A stretch of DNA of 37,483 bases from an uncultured Altererythrobacter sp. (GCA_938009055.1 CALLIO010000108.1:1-37483); one strand, 5' to 3'; positions 9,141-18,019 are shown, counted from the first letter of the stretch. Translations and numbers: made by a program. Notes: a model not told the origin generated them from the letters alone.

Positions 9141-10798
9141 TCCTCGCCGACTAACGCTTGGTAAAAGTCATCAAACGAGAGCAAGCTAGCAGCGATCTCA
9201 GTTCTTAGATTATCTGCCATTTCAGCAGCAGCATCGCCCTTGGCCTCCCGCAAAACAGTGAGCTGTTCGATGATTCCTATGGCGCCTACATTCAGGGATA
9301 CGCCCTTCAGGCTGTGTGCTGCTTTCGAAAGGGCCTCTTCGTCTGCTTGCGTGACAGCATCCAAGACCGCTTGACCATAGTCGCTGATGTCCTGTTTTAC
9401 AGCCTGGCGCATCCGATCACGATAGGCGGTCGGTAGATCAAAGAAGGCTCGCTGAAAGACTTCGTGATCGAATTTGGCATTCAATGGCCGATTGGTGTCG
9501 CGCGCTAGAACGGAAGTCCGAATGGCATATTCCAATGCCTCACGCTTTAGTGGTTTGGTTAGACATGCTGTCATCCCCGCTGCAAGCAGTCTCTCGCGTT
9601 CAGCGTGAAGGCTGTGAGCGGTCACGCCCACTATTGGAGTACGCGATGCTGGACCACTCATCGAGCGAATAGCCCTGGTTGCTTCTTCTCCATCCATGAG
9701 CGGCATCATGACGTCCATTAGGATAAGGTCGAATGTGTCGCGGCGCACCGCATCCAGTGCCTCCACACCATTGGCGGCGACAACCGCTTCGCAGCCCAGT
9801 TCTGTCAGCATTCTTTCGATGACATAGCGATTGCTTTCGGTATCTTCAGCCAGCAATACCCGCGGTGAAGCGCCAGAGACCGGTAGTGCTCCTTTTTCAT
9901 CAATTGACTGTGTGCTGTTTGCCGCCGGCCTAAAGTCCTGAAGCAGGCTTGGTTCATCCGCCTCATCGATCAGGGAAGTAGCGATCGTGACAAGCTGCTC
10001 GGTCGCTTGCTTGATAACATCGAAATCTTTGTTCTCGTTCAAGGTTCCGGATAGAAGTTCGATCCCGCCGGTGAGGGAGCCAAGCGGCGTTCGAATCTTA
10101 TGAGCCATCTCAGTTAAGAACTTTGTTTTTACAGCCAAGGCCGCAGAAGTTTTCTTTTGTTCGCTCGTCAATTGGCCGCTTAGCCGGTTCAGTTCTGCTA
10201 CCCGCCTTTCTGCCCTAAGCTGGAGCGCGCGAACACCGCGCGCATTCGTACGCTCCAGAGTAATATCGCGAACAGTGCCATAAGTCGCAGAGGGCTTTCC
10301 CTCCCTCTTTGGCTCGCGTCGTATTACCCAGCTCAGCCAACGAGTTTCGCCTGTATCGAGGCGCTTGATCCTATGATCAAATCGGTGATCCACCCCTACC
10401 GGCAATTCGGTGAAGAATGAAACCGCAGAGCGCATAATCCGGTCGCGGTCCAATGGGTGTAGTGCATCTACAAGCAGCTCAACAGTGGCTTCTTTTCCAT
10501 CAGCGATGCCAAGCAACGCCGCTGCTTCGCCAGAGGCTGAGAAAGGTCTGTTTTTCTCTCCATAGATTGTCGCCATGTTCGCGGTAGACAGTGCAGCGAG
10601 GAGCTGCCTGCTTTCAACATCAAGGCGTTCAACGAGCTCGCTTTCTCTGCGACTGAGATCCTTGTTGGCCCGATCCAGTTCATGCATTCTGGCTTCAAGA
10701 GCTGTTTCGGCCTCTACCAGTGCTCGTTCTGCTCGATCTAGCCTCAGGCGCAATATTCGCGCCTGTTCGCCAACGGGAAGCTCTTCAAGCGATGGCAT
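9134..10798 (-). CDS. Phosphorelay protein: coiled coil-PAS-DHp(HisKA)-REC-Hpt, lacking HATPase
   Basis: PAS/PAC (LHPLDRD...GETRWL...YGTVRDIT); H-box MAHKIRTPL; REC (VLLAED, LILMDVMMPLMDG, VTA, LTKP); Hpt (AAHSLKGVSLNVGA). No N/G/F boxes. Confidence 0.85.
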   Translation of the reverse strand: MPSLEELPVGEQARILRLRLDRAERALVEAETALEARMHELDRANKDLSRRESELVERLDVESRQLLAALSTANMATIYGEKNRPFSASGEAAALLGIADGKEATVELLVDALHPLDRDRIMRSAVSFFTELPVGVDHRFDHRIKRLDTGETRWLSWVIRREPKREGKPSATYGTVRDITLERTNARGVRALQLRAERRVAELNRLSGQLTSEQKKTSAALAVKTKFLTEMAHKIRTPLGSLTGGIELLSGTLNENKDFDVIKQATEQLVTIATSLIDEADEPSLLQDFRPAANSTQSIDEKGALPVSGASPRVLLAEDTESNRYVIERMLTELGCEAVVAANGVEALDAVRRDTFDLILMDVMMPLMDGEEATRAIRSMSGPASRTPIVGVTAHSLHAERERLLAAGMTACLTKPLKREALEYAIRTSVLARDTNRPLNAKFDHEVFQRAFFDLPTAYRDRMRQAVKQDISDYGQAVLDAVTQADEEALSKAAHSLKGVSLNVGAIGIIEQLTVLREAKGDAAAEMADNLRTEIAASLLSFDDFYQALVGEDQ

Positions 10799-12281
10799 TT
10801 TGGATGTCTTCTATGATCGCTGGGAGCTTTCTTGAGAGGTCGCTTAGGGCAACGCGAACAGTTCGCTCCTCCAATCTCGAGAGGAGTTCTACGTTTCCGG
10901 CGGTCTCAACCATAATGATTTCTTGGTGTTTTCCCTCAAACACAGCTTGAGGGATCTCATGCATCAAGACTGAGTCGACCACTAGAACTGGTGATGGCAT
11001 CGCTTTCCATGCATCTGGGTCCAGCGTGTTCGCATCAACGATTTTGGCTACAGCACCGTCCAGTGCCGCCTCGACTTGAATTCTCACAGATGCTCGCTCA
11101 ACAAGTATTGCGACCAAGGCCAAGGTACTTGGTTTGGATTTCACATTCGCCTCGACTGGCCTGCTAAATGGTATAGAAAACTCGAATGTCGATCCTCGGC
11201 CAAGCTTGCTGCTGACTTCAATCTTTCCACCCATCGCCTCAACTAGATCCCTAGTAATCGAAAGCCCAAGGCCTGAGCCGGTATTTTTCCCAAGAGTATC
11301 TGCCTGTGTGCCGCTGAATACTTCGAAAATCCCACCAGCCCGCTTTTCGTCCATCCCAGCGCCGGTATCTGTCACTTTGAAGCGCCAATCGCCAGAACCG
11401 TCAGGCTCACATACCGAAATGACAATCTCACCGGACTGAGTAAACTTGACCGCATTGGATACGAGGTTCGCCATGACCTGTTGCAATCGCGCTGCATCTC
11501 CGCTGACTTTGGCGCCTGAAACCCCAACAATAGATATACCCAATCCTTTGCGGCGGGCGAGTGGACGGAACAATTCGGTTACTCTTTTGGCGACAGCATG
11601 TGGGCTGAAATTCTCTTGCGCTAGTTGGCCTGGTTGCATGTCCAGACGTGTCTTCTGCAATACTCCGTCCAATGTGCCAAGCAATGCCTCGCACGAGTCT
11701 TCGATAAGCCGCAAAGCACTCTCACGCTCGATAGCGGGCTTATCTCGTTTCAGCTGATCGATTACACCTAGAATACCTCCCAGTGGAGTGCGGATTTCAT
11801 GAGAAACGACAGCCAACAAATTGTTGCGCTCTTCAAGTTGATCTCGAGCAGCATCGCGCATCCTGCGCAGCTCGGCGCCGGCAATTCTCTCTTGAGTGAC
11901 GTCTCTTACGATCCCGAAGAATCCGATAAACTCTTGGCAGCCATCAAGCTCTTCGAATGCAGCGATACCGCTGATATTTTGAGTGTACAGTTTTCCGCTA
12001 CTGGCAACTACCTTCGCCTCGAACTTAAACTCGCTTCGCGCTTTTATTGCCTTTTCCACTTGGCCAACGACCATCTCGCGGTCTGTTGCTGCGAAAATCT
12101 CAGGTAGCCGTGCGAGGGGAATGGGAATATTGTTCAGACCTAAGTTTGCTCTGACCCAGTCAGAAAACTCGATAGTCTCTGTCCGAGCATCAAGGATAAA
12201 GTGCCCCATCCCGGCGGCCGAATGGGCACGCTCGAGCAGCATCATGCGCTGTCTGAGTTCTTTGATCCCTTCTAAGCTCAT
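10785..12281 (-). CDS. Cytoplasmic PAS sensor histidine kinase with degenerate C-terminal receiver-like domain
   Basis: PAS/PAC ending GIVRDVT; VSHEIRTPL; QVMANLVSNAVKFT; DTGAGM; GSGLGLSI; GRGSTF. ATG 12281 is preferred over GTG 12353, but the start is uncertain. Confidence 0.88.
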   Translation of the reverse strand: MSLEGIKELRQRMMLLERAHSAAGMGHFILDARTETIEFSDWVRANLGLNNIPIPLARLPEIFAATDREMVVGQVEKAIKARSEFKFEAKVVASSGKLYTQNISGIAAFEELDGCQEFIGFFGIVRDVTQERIAGAELRRMRDAARDQLEERNNLLAVVSHEIRTPLGGILGVIDQLKRDKPAIERESALRLIEDSCEALLGTLDGVLQKTRLDMQPGQLAQENFSPHAVAKRVTELFRPLARRKGLGISIVGVSGAKVSGDAARLQQVMANLVSNAVKFTQSGEIVISVCEPDGSGDWRFKVTDTGAGMDEKRAGGIFEVFSGTQADTLGKNTGSGLGLSITRDLVEAMGGKIEVSSKLGRGSTFEFSIPFSRPVEANVKSKPSTLALVAILVERASVRIQVEAALDGAVAKIVDANTLDPDAWKAMPSPVLVVDSVLMHEIPQAVFEGKHQEIIMVETAGNVELLSRLEERTVRVALSDLSRKLPAIIEDIQNAIA

Positions 12282-12395
12282 ATTCCCGTTCTTTGAACAA
12301 ACTGATCGAGCTCGGAGCCTTAGCAGACATTGCCGAACAAACTCCAAACTCACTGTAAAATTTGCAAAGAATTCTTGGCGTGGAGGTGAATTGGC

Positions 12396-12425
12396 AATTC
12401 CCTGTTGTTAGGAAAACAGGGAATT
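12396..12425. repeat. Perfect 11-bp inverted repeat (terminator of the tcuA operon or an operator)
   Basis: AATTCCCTGTT-GTTAGGAA-AACAGGGAATT. Confidence 0.55.
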
Positions 12426-12589
12426 CAATATTGGTATCAGGGAAATCTTCCGGGCCAATAGGGATTGGACTAAGGCGAACAGGGAGCAGCCATTTCAGTC
12501 CAGCCAAGTGCTTTGCGCTGTGCATCCCAGCATAGTGGAATATGCATCTGCTTGAGGCGTTGCAGATTGAGTGAAGGCGGCTGCAGGTC

Positions 12590-14059
12590 CTACCTTGATG
12601 CCGCCGATTGACCGGCAATCTTGCCAAACACGGCGCCTGCCATGAGGCCTGAGCCGCCGGGATAATTGTTGTAGAATATCCCTCCGACAATTTCTCCAGC
12701 GGCGAAAAGCCCAGGAATGGGCCTAAGATCGACGTCAATCACTTGCGCCTCAGGCGAAATCCGCAAGCCGCCAAATGTGAATGTAATCCCGCAAGTGACA
12801 GCATAGGCTTCGAACGGAGGTTCGCTGAGCGCGTTGGCCCAGTTCGATTTGGGAACTGCAAGCCCTTTGGTCGATCGGCCATCCTTGATGTTCGGATTGA
12901 AATCCACGCCCGTGTCGACAGCCTCATTATAGGCTTCAAGATGCTCCAGTGCGGCCAATGCATCGACACCCTCAAGCTTCCTGGTCAGTTCCTCAAGCGT
13001 GTTCGCGCGCACCTTTGTGACTTGTCTGATCCGGTACTCATCGCGCAGCAGATGGAGGACTTTCTGGTCAAAGATTTGCCAAGCGAACTGCCCGGGCTGC
13101 GCGAGGATTTCGCGCCCATATTTGGCATAGGTGTAATTCCGAAAGTCGGCCCCTTCATCAAGAAAGCGCTCTCCTTTAGCGTTTATCATCACTCCGAAAG
13201 GATAGCTGTGCTTTTGGAAGCCGTCGCCGACAGCCAAATCTCCGAATTCAGGCGCGTTGCGTTCCCATCCAACCGCATGACAACCCGACCAATTGCCATA
13301 GGGCATGGCCCCTATGTCGAGTGCCATTTTTAGACCATCGCCGTTGGAAAAGCGGGTTCCCCTCACCTTGGCCAAATCCCAAGTTTGCCCCAAATAGCGT
13401 GTGCGCATTTCGGGGTTGGCCTGAAAGCCGCCAGTCGCCAGGATCACCGCATCGGCATGAAACGTCTGTGTTTTGCCTGCAATGCTCGCCACAACACCAT
13501 GGACACCGTCATCATTGGCCAAGAGCTCTTTGGCGCGCGCTTGGTAGATGATGGTGATGCCGCGCAATTTTGCAGCGTCGGTCCATGCTTGGAACAGGCC
13601 TTCGCCGCCGCCCCATGCTTCAACAGTCAATCCGCCCCAGAATTTGAATTTGCCATCAACTTGAAACGCCTGCCGCCCCCAAATGGGTGCAAACCGGATG
13701 CCCTGGTCGCGCATCCAGAACACAGTTTCCTTGGATTTTGTGACCAGCGCTTCGCACAAGTCGGGATCGGTCCGATAATCGGTCACGCGGCCCATATCAT
13801 CGAAGAAGGCCTCTTCATCATAGGAGCCAAAATCGGTCTTGGTGACTTCATCATCGGTTAAATCGGGCATTAGCGCGCGCAAATCGTCAACGCCGTCATA
13901 GGCAAAGCGGATGGCGCCAGCAGTAAAGCGAGTGTTGCCGCCCGCCTCGCTCTCGGGCGCTCGCTCAAGCACGGTTACGTCACAACCTTGCTCGGCTGCG
14001 GCGACTGCGGCGGCAAAGGCTGCGTTGCCTCCACCCACGACTATGATCTTTCTAGCCAT
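12590..14059 (-). CDS. tcuA: FAD-dependent tricarballylate dehydrogenase TcuA (CobZ family)
   Basis: VVGGGNAA FAD motif, LERAP...GGNTRFTAGAIR, LATGGFQAN, RFLDEGADFRNYTYAKYG, GITFTFGGL, NYPGGSGLMAGAVFG. Confidence 0.85.
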   Translation of the reverse strand: MARKIIVVGGGNAAFAAAVAAAEQGCDVTVLERAPESEAGGNTRFTAGAIRFAYDGVDDLRALMPDLTDDEVTKTDFGSYDEEAFFDDMGRVTDYRTDPDLCEALVTKSKETVFWMRDQGIRFAPIWGRQAFQVDGKFKFWGGLTVEAWGGGEGLFQAWTDAAKLRGITIIYQARAKELLANDDGVHGVVASIAGKTQTFHADAVILATGGFQANPEMRTRYLGQTWDLAKVRGTRFSNGDGLKMALDIGAMPYGNWSGCHAVGWERNAPEFGDLAVGDGFQKHSYPFGVMINAKGERFLDEGADFRNYTYAKYGREILAQPGQFAWQIFDQKVLHLLRDEYRIRQVTKVRANTLEELTRKLEGVDALAALEHLEAYNEAVDTGVDFNPNIKDGRSTKGLAVPKSNWANALSEPPFEAYAVTCGITFTFGGLRISPEAQVIDVDLRPIPGLFAAGEIVGGIFYNNYPGGSGLMAGAVFGKIAGQSAASR

Positions 14060-14877
14060 CAGCTTTCTGCCTCGATGCGGTCTTCAGCGATAGCGTCAAC
14101 CCCGGTCGCGTTGATTTGCTCAACGACTTTTTCGGATGAAAGAAAGTCGATCAGCAGTTCGGCTTCTTTGCGCTTTTGCGTTCCCACGATGATCCCAGCG
14201 GAAAAGATTGTTGTGCGCTGATACTCACCGGGGATGGGGCCGACATAGGTGACGCCTTTGACCGGGAGAATCTCGCTGATTTGCTGGAAGCCGATCTCCA
14301 CATCACCGCGCGCGACAACGCTGGCGACCCGCTCGCTTTCGATCCGCTTTGATTTGGGTCGAATGTCCTCCCAAATCCCTATGCGCGGAAACAAATTTGT
14401 CGAAAGATAATTGCCGCTTGCGCTTGCCGAATAACCAATGGAGCCTGCGTCGCGCAAAGCGGTCACGAATGCTTCGGGTGAGCTGATATCTGGCACCACA
14501 GCCCCTTCGCGAACCGCCATGCCTATGCGCGAGCGAACCAGGTCCGTGCGGCTTTCTGGGATGACATATCCCTCCAGTGTCAGCCGTTCCAAGCTTGGTT
14601 TGGACAGAATGATGACATCTGCCGCTTCATTCCGTTTGAGCCGTTCAGGGATGGAATCCGCAGCACCGCCCGACGACGCGCCGTAAGCAGTATCGAGCGC
14701 AATGCCGGTCTCTTGCTCAAATTGCGGGCCAAGCACCCGGTAGGCGGCTGCAAAACCGCCCGAACTCATGATGTTGATTGACGATGCAGGTTCTGCTGCC
14801 GGCGCAAGTTGGACAGGTGTGCTGGAACATGCTGCCAAAAACAATGCCGACAAAAGTGCGATGAATTTTTGAAACAT
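14059..14877 (-). CDS. ModA-like substrate-binding-fold lipoprotein, candidate aconitate isomerase family
   Basis: Start re-assigned to ATG 14877 (MFQKFIALLSALFLAAC, lipobox LAAC). Motifs MSSGGFAAAYRVLGPQF, SIGYSASASGNY, VARGDVEIGFQQISE. The stop overlaps the tcuA start (TGATG). Confidence 0.75.
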   Translation of the reverse strand: MFQKFIALLSALFLAACSSTPVQLAPAAEPASSINIMSSGGFAAAYRVLGPQFEQETGIALDTAYGASSGGAADSIPERLKRNEAADVIILSKPSLERLTLEGYVIPESRTDLVRSRIGMAVREGAVVPDISSPEAFVTALRDAGSIGYSASASGNYLSTNLFPRIGIWEDIRPKSKRIESERVASVVARGDVEIGFQQISEILPVKGVTYVGPIPGEYQRTTIFSAGIIVGTQKRKEAELLIDFLSSEKVVEQINATGVDAIAEDRIEAES

Positions 14878-14936
14878 TGTGTGCTTGGCGCTCCAAGAGT
14901 TGAATCCAGTTGCAGCACGGCCACATTCGAAAGCCA

Positions 14937-14954
14937 ATCGGTCAAATGACGCAA
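14937..14954. promoter_or_regulatory. Putative operator of the TctC-LuxR regulator (copy 1)
   Basis: ATCGGTCAAATGACGCAA; its reverse complement TTGCGTCATTTGACCGAT resembles 19587-19604. Confidence 0.5.
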
Positions 14955-15029
14955 GCGTTTTCACAGATGCGATATGGCAAATGTTGCAACCCCATTTGCG
15001 CGCTGTATCTTAGCGTTGGGAAAGGAGTA

Positions 15030-16460
15030 ATGAGCGTGATTCCATTAGGAAGGTCCGTTGCAGTATCGTGCACGCTTTTGCTCGCTATCTTGATGTTGTT
15101 GCTTCCAGCACTGGTCGTTGGACAAGAAGACTCAGCTCTCACAATCTACGTTCCCGGAGCAAAAGGCGGCGGCTTCGACAGAACTGCACAGGCTGTGAAG
15201 CAGGCTTTGGAAACCGATGAAGTCTATTCAGAAGTGAGCCTGATCAATTCGCCCGGCGCGGGTGGTTTGGTGGCGCTCGCCCAATTCGCCGAAAGGGGCC
15301 CTTCCAAAGAACCCGCCGTGATCATTGGTGGCCGCTCAATCCTAGGAGCAAGCCGGTTCAACCGATCAGAGGTTTCTCTGGACGACGTAAGAGCTGTTGC
15401 GCGCCTTAACACGATTGCCTTGGTTATTGCGGTCTCAGCCGACTCCCCAATCGAGAGCATTGAAGATTTGGCAATCGCGATGCGCGGGGATGCCGAACTG
15501 GTCAAATGGGGCGGCGGGTCAAGCGGTAGCGTGGATGAGCAACTGGCTTTGGAAATCGCTTCCGCTCTCGGAGTTTCCGCAAGCGACGTTTCTTATTCAG
15601 CCGTCCCAGGAGGCGGTGAGCAAATCGCGCAGGATCTGATGAGCGGCAAATTCGTGGTTGCGATCAGCAGTTACGAAGAATTCGCCAGCGCTCTAAGCGA
15701 GGGTTCGCTCAGACCTATTGCAGTTTCCGGCGCAAGCAGGATTAACGGGGTCGATGCGCCAACTCTGATGGAAAGCGGTCTCGATTTGCAGTTTCGCGAC
15801 TGGAAAGGCGTTTTTGCAGGTCCTGGACAATCCGACCAACAAATCGAAGCACTAGAACAGATTTTCCAGAAGATGGCGCGGTCGAAAGCCTGGCAGGACC
15901 AACTCCTTGCCCATGGATGGCAGGATGGCTTCTTGGGAGCGGGAGCATTTGAAGAGTTCGTCCAATCAGAGATTGGGCAGGTTGCAGCCCAAGGCGACGA
16001 GGCCATCAACAACGCTGATACTTTTGCTCAGATTAGAGACGTGATGGCTCGAGCCAACCGCTGGCTTTGGGGGGTCGGTGGCTTGCTTTTGTTGCTCATC
16101 TGTTGGTTGGTATTTCAGCGTTGGGGAGGACGGCAAAAAGAGGCCGAGCTGCGCTCCTCGCTAGACGCGGTAAGCGAAGAGAATCGCCGCGTCAGCAAGG
16201 AGCTCGAAAGGCAGCTTTCTGAAACAACAGGGAAAATTGAGTCTGACTTCAAGGACTGGAATTTGTCTGATGCTGAAATCGCGGTCGGTTGGTTGATCCT
16301 CAAAGGATTTTCGTTCCAGGAGATCGCCGATAACCGTCAGACCAGCGAGCGCACTGTCAGGCAGCAAGCGCAGGCGATCTATAACAAGGCCGGTCTTTCG
16401 GGCCGTTCGGAACTTTCTGCCTTTTTCCTCGAAGACTTTTTTGATCGAGGATTGAGCTAG
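15030..16460 (+). CDS. Transmembrane one-component regulator: signal peptide-TctC(Bug) domain-TM-coiled coil-LuxR HTH
   Basis: AGGAG precedes ATG 15030 / GTG 15036. TctC motifs VPGAKGGGFDRTA, NSPGAGG, WGGGSSGSVD, PTLMESG, WKGVF; TM WLWGVGGLLLLLICWLVF; LuxR-type LSDAE...LKGFSFQEIADNRQTSERTVRQQAQAIYNKAG. Confidence 0.85.
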   Translation: MSVIPLGRSVAVSCTLLLAILMLLLPALVVGQEDSALTIYVPGAKGGGFDRTAQAVKQALETDEVYSEVSLINSPGAGGLVALAQFAERGPSKEPAVIIGGRSILGASRFNRSEVSLDDVRAVARLNTIALVIAVSADSPIESIEDLAIAMRGDAELVKWGGGSSGSVDEQLALEIASALGVSASDVSYSAVPGGGEQIAQDLMSGKFVVAISSYEEFASALSEGSLRPIAVSGASRINGVDAPTLMESGLDLQFRDWKGVFAGPGQSDQQIEALEQIFQKMARSKAWQDQLLAHGWQDGFLGAGAFEEFVQSEIGQVAAQGDEAINNADTFAQIRDVMARANRWLWGVGGLLLLLICWLVFQRWGGRQKEAELRSSLDAVSEENRRVSKELERQLSETTGKIESDFKDWNLSDAEIAVGWLILKGFSFQEIADNRQTSERTVRQQAQAIYNKAGLSGRSELSAFFLEDFFDRGLS

Positions 16461-17971
16461 TCGCTTTCTGACATTGGATTCATCACGGGCTTAGCTTTTA
16501 GACGTCTGATGAACGGCACCACCAAGGCCACAACAACCAGAATCAAGAATGACAGCGCGAGCGGGCGCGAAACAAAGATGCTTAGATCTCCTGCGCTGAT
16601 CGCCATAGAGCGCCGGAACTCTTGTTCGATCATGGGACCTAGGACGATCCCGAGCAAAACAGGGGCAATGGGGAATTGGAATTTGCGCAAGACGAAAGCC
16701 AGAACTCCGAGGACATAGACAATGATGACGTCGCCAATGCTACCCTTCAAACTGTAAGCGCCCAGTGTCGAAAAAACCAAAACTGCAGAGTAGAGCAACC
16801 CTTGAGGTGTCTTTAACAGCTTGGCCCAAAGTCCCACCAGTGGAAGGTTGATACCTACCAATAGCAAGTTCGAAATATAGAGACTGGCGATAAGGCCCCA
16901 CACCAGTTCGGGGCTCTTCTCGAACAGGAGCGGACCGGGTTGAAGGCCATATATCTGAAACGCGACCAACATCACTGCAGTCGTTGCCGAACCGGGAATT
17001 CCTAGCGCGAGTAGCGGAACAAGGCTGCCGCCAGCGGCGGCATTGTTCGATGCTTCAGGAGCTGCGACGCCTTCGACAACCCCCGTGCCGAATTTTTCGG
17101 GTGTCTTGGAGAGATTTTTCTCAACGCCATAGCCAATCAAAGCGGCCATTGTGCCCCCTGCGCCAGGTAAGACGCCAACGAAAAAGCCAAGGAACGTCCC
17201 GCGCAACCAAGCGTATATGGAACGCACCCATTCCTCACTCCGCATCCAAACCTTGCTTCCAACGGAGAGAGTATCGCCGGCTTCTTTACCGCCCCCCGAA
17301 GCAATCCAGAGCGCTTCGCCTATCGCAAACAGTCCTATGCCAGCCAGCACAACATTGACGCCTCCAGCAAGTTCGGGGAATCCGAAAGTCATGCGCTCAA
17401 CGCCGGTTTGCAAATCAATCCCGATCGTCGCGATACCAAGACCTAAGAGCATTGCGAACAGCGCCTTTGGAACCGAACTTCCACCCACAGAAGCGACAAG
17501 CACCAAAGCCAACAGCATCAACCCAAAATATTCAGGAGGTCCGAAAAGCAAAGATACTTCGATCAATGTTGGGGCCAATAGCATCAGCATAAATGTTGCA
17601 AATGTACCGCCTACAAACGATCCGATCATAGCTGCAGATAGCGCCGCGCCAGCGCGTCCCTGGCGGGCTAGTGGATGGCCATCGAATGTTGTGACAGCCG
17701 AGGATGCACATCCGGGCGTGTTGACGAGGATAGCAGTGGTTGCACCGCCATACATCGCGCCATAATAGATCCCGCCAAACATGATGAAGGCGGCAAGCGG
17801 ATCAAGGCCGAAGGTGAGCGGAAGCAGCAGCGAAATTGCAACTGCCGGGCCTAGACCAGGCAAGACACCAACCACTGTCCCAAGGATGACGCCCGCTAAC
17901 CCAAACAGCAAGTTTTCCGGTGTCGCGGCGGCTGCGAAGCCATTCAAGAGATTGGAAAATGCATCGCTCAT
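16457..17971 (-). CDS. tctA: Tripartite tricarboxylate transporter large permease TctA
   Basis: GVLPGLG, YGAMYGGATTAILVNTPG, VAAPEASNNA, LALGIPGS, GLQPGP. Confidence 0.95.
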   Translation of the reverse strand: MSDAFSNLLNGFAAAATPENLLFGLAGVILGTVVGVLPGLGPAVAISLLLPLTFGLDPLAAFIMFGGIYYGAMYGGATTAILVNTPGCASSAVTTFDGHPLARQGRAGAALSAAMIGSFVGGTFATFMLMLLAPTLIEVSLLFGPPEYFGLMLLALVLVASVGGSSVPKALFAMLLGLGIATIGIDLQTGVERMTFGFPELAGGVNVVLAGIGLFAIGEALWIASGGGKEAGDTLSVGSKVWMRSEEWVRSIYAWLRGTFLGFFVGVLPGAGGTMAALIGYGVEKNLSKTPEKFGTGVVEGVAAPEASNNAAAGGSLVPLLALGIPGSATTAVMLVAFQIYGLQPGPLLFEKSPELVWGLIASLYISNLLLVGINLPLVGLWAKLLKTPQGLLYSAVLVFSTLGAYSLKGSIGDVIIVYVLGVLAFVLRKFQFPIAPVLLGIVLGPMIEQEFRRSMAISAGDLSIFVSRPLALSFLILVVVALVVPFIRRLKAKPVMNPMSESD

Positions 17972-18019
17972 TTCTTGTGCATTCCTCGCGCAGTGGTTCT
18001 CTTCGTCAATTTGAAGCGA

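Noticed and set aside
12190-12738. 182-aa ORF downstream of tcuA as a possible tcuB remnant
   Set aside because: No ferredoxin Cys motif or TM pattern, and it overlaps both flanking genes.
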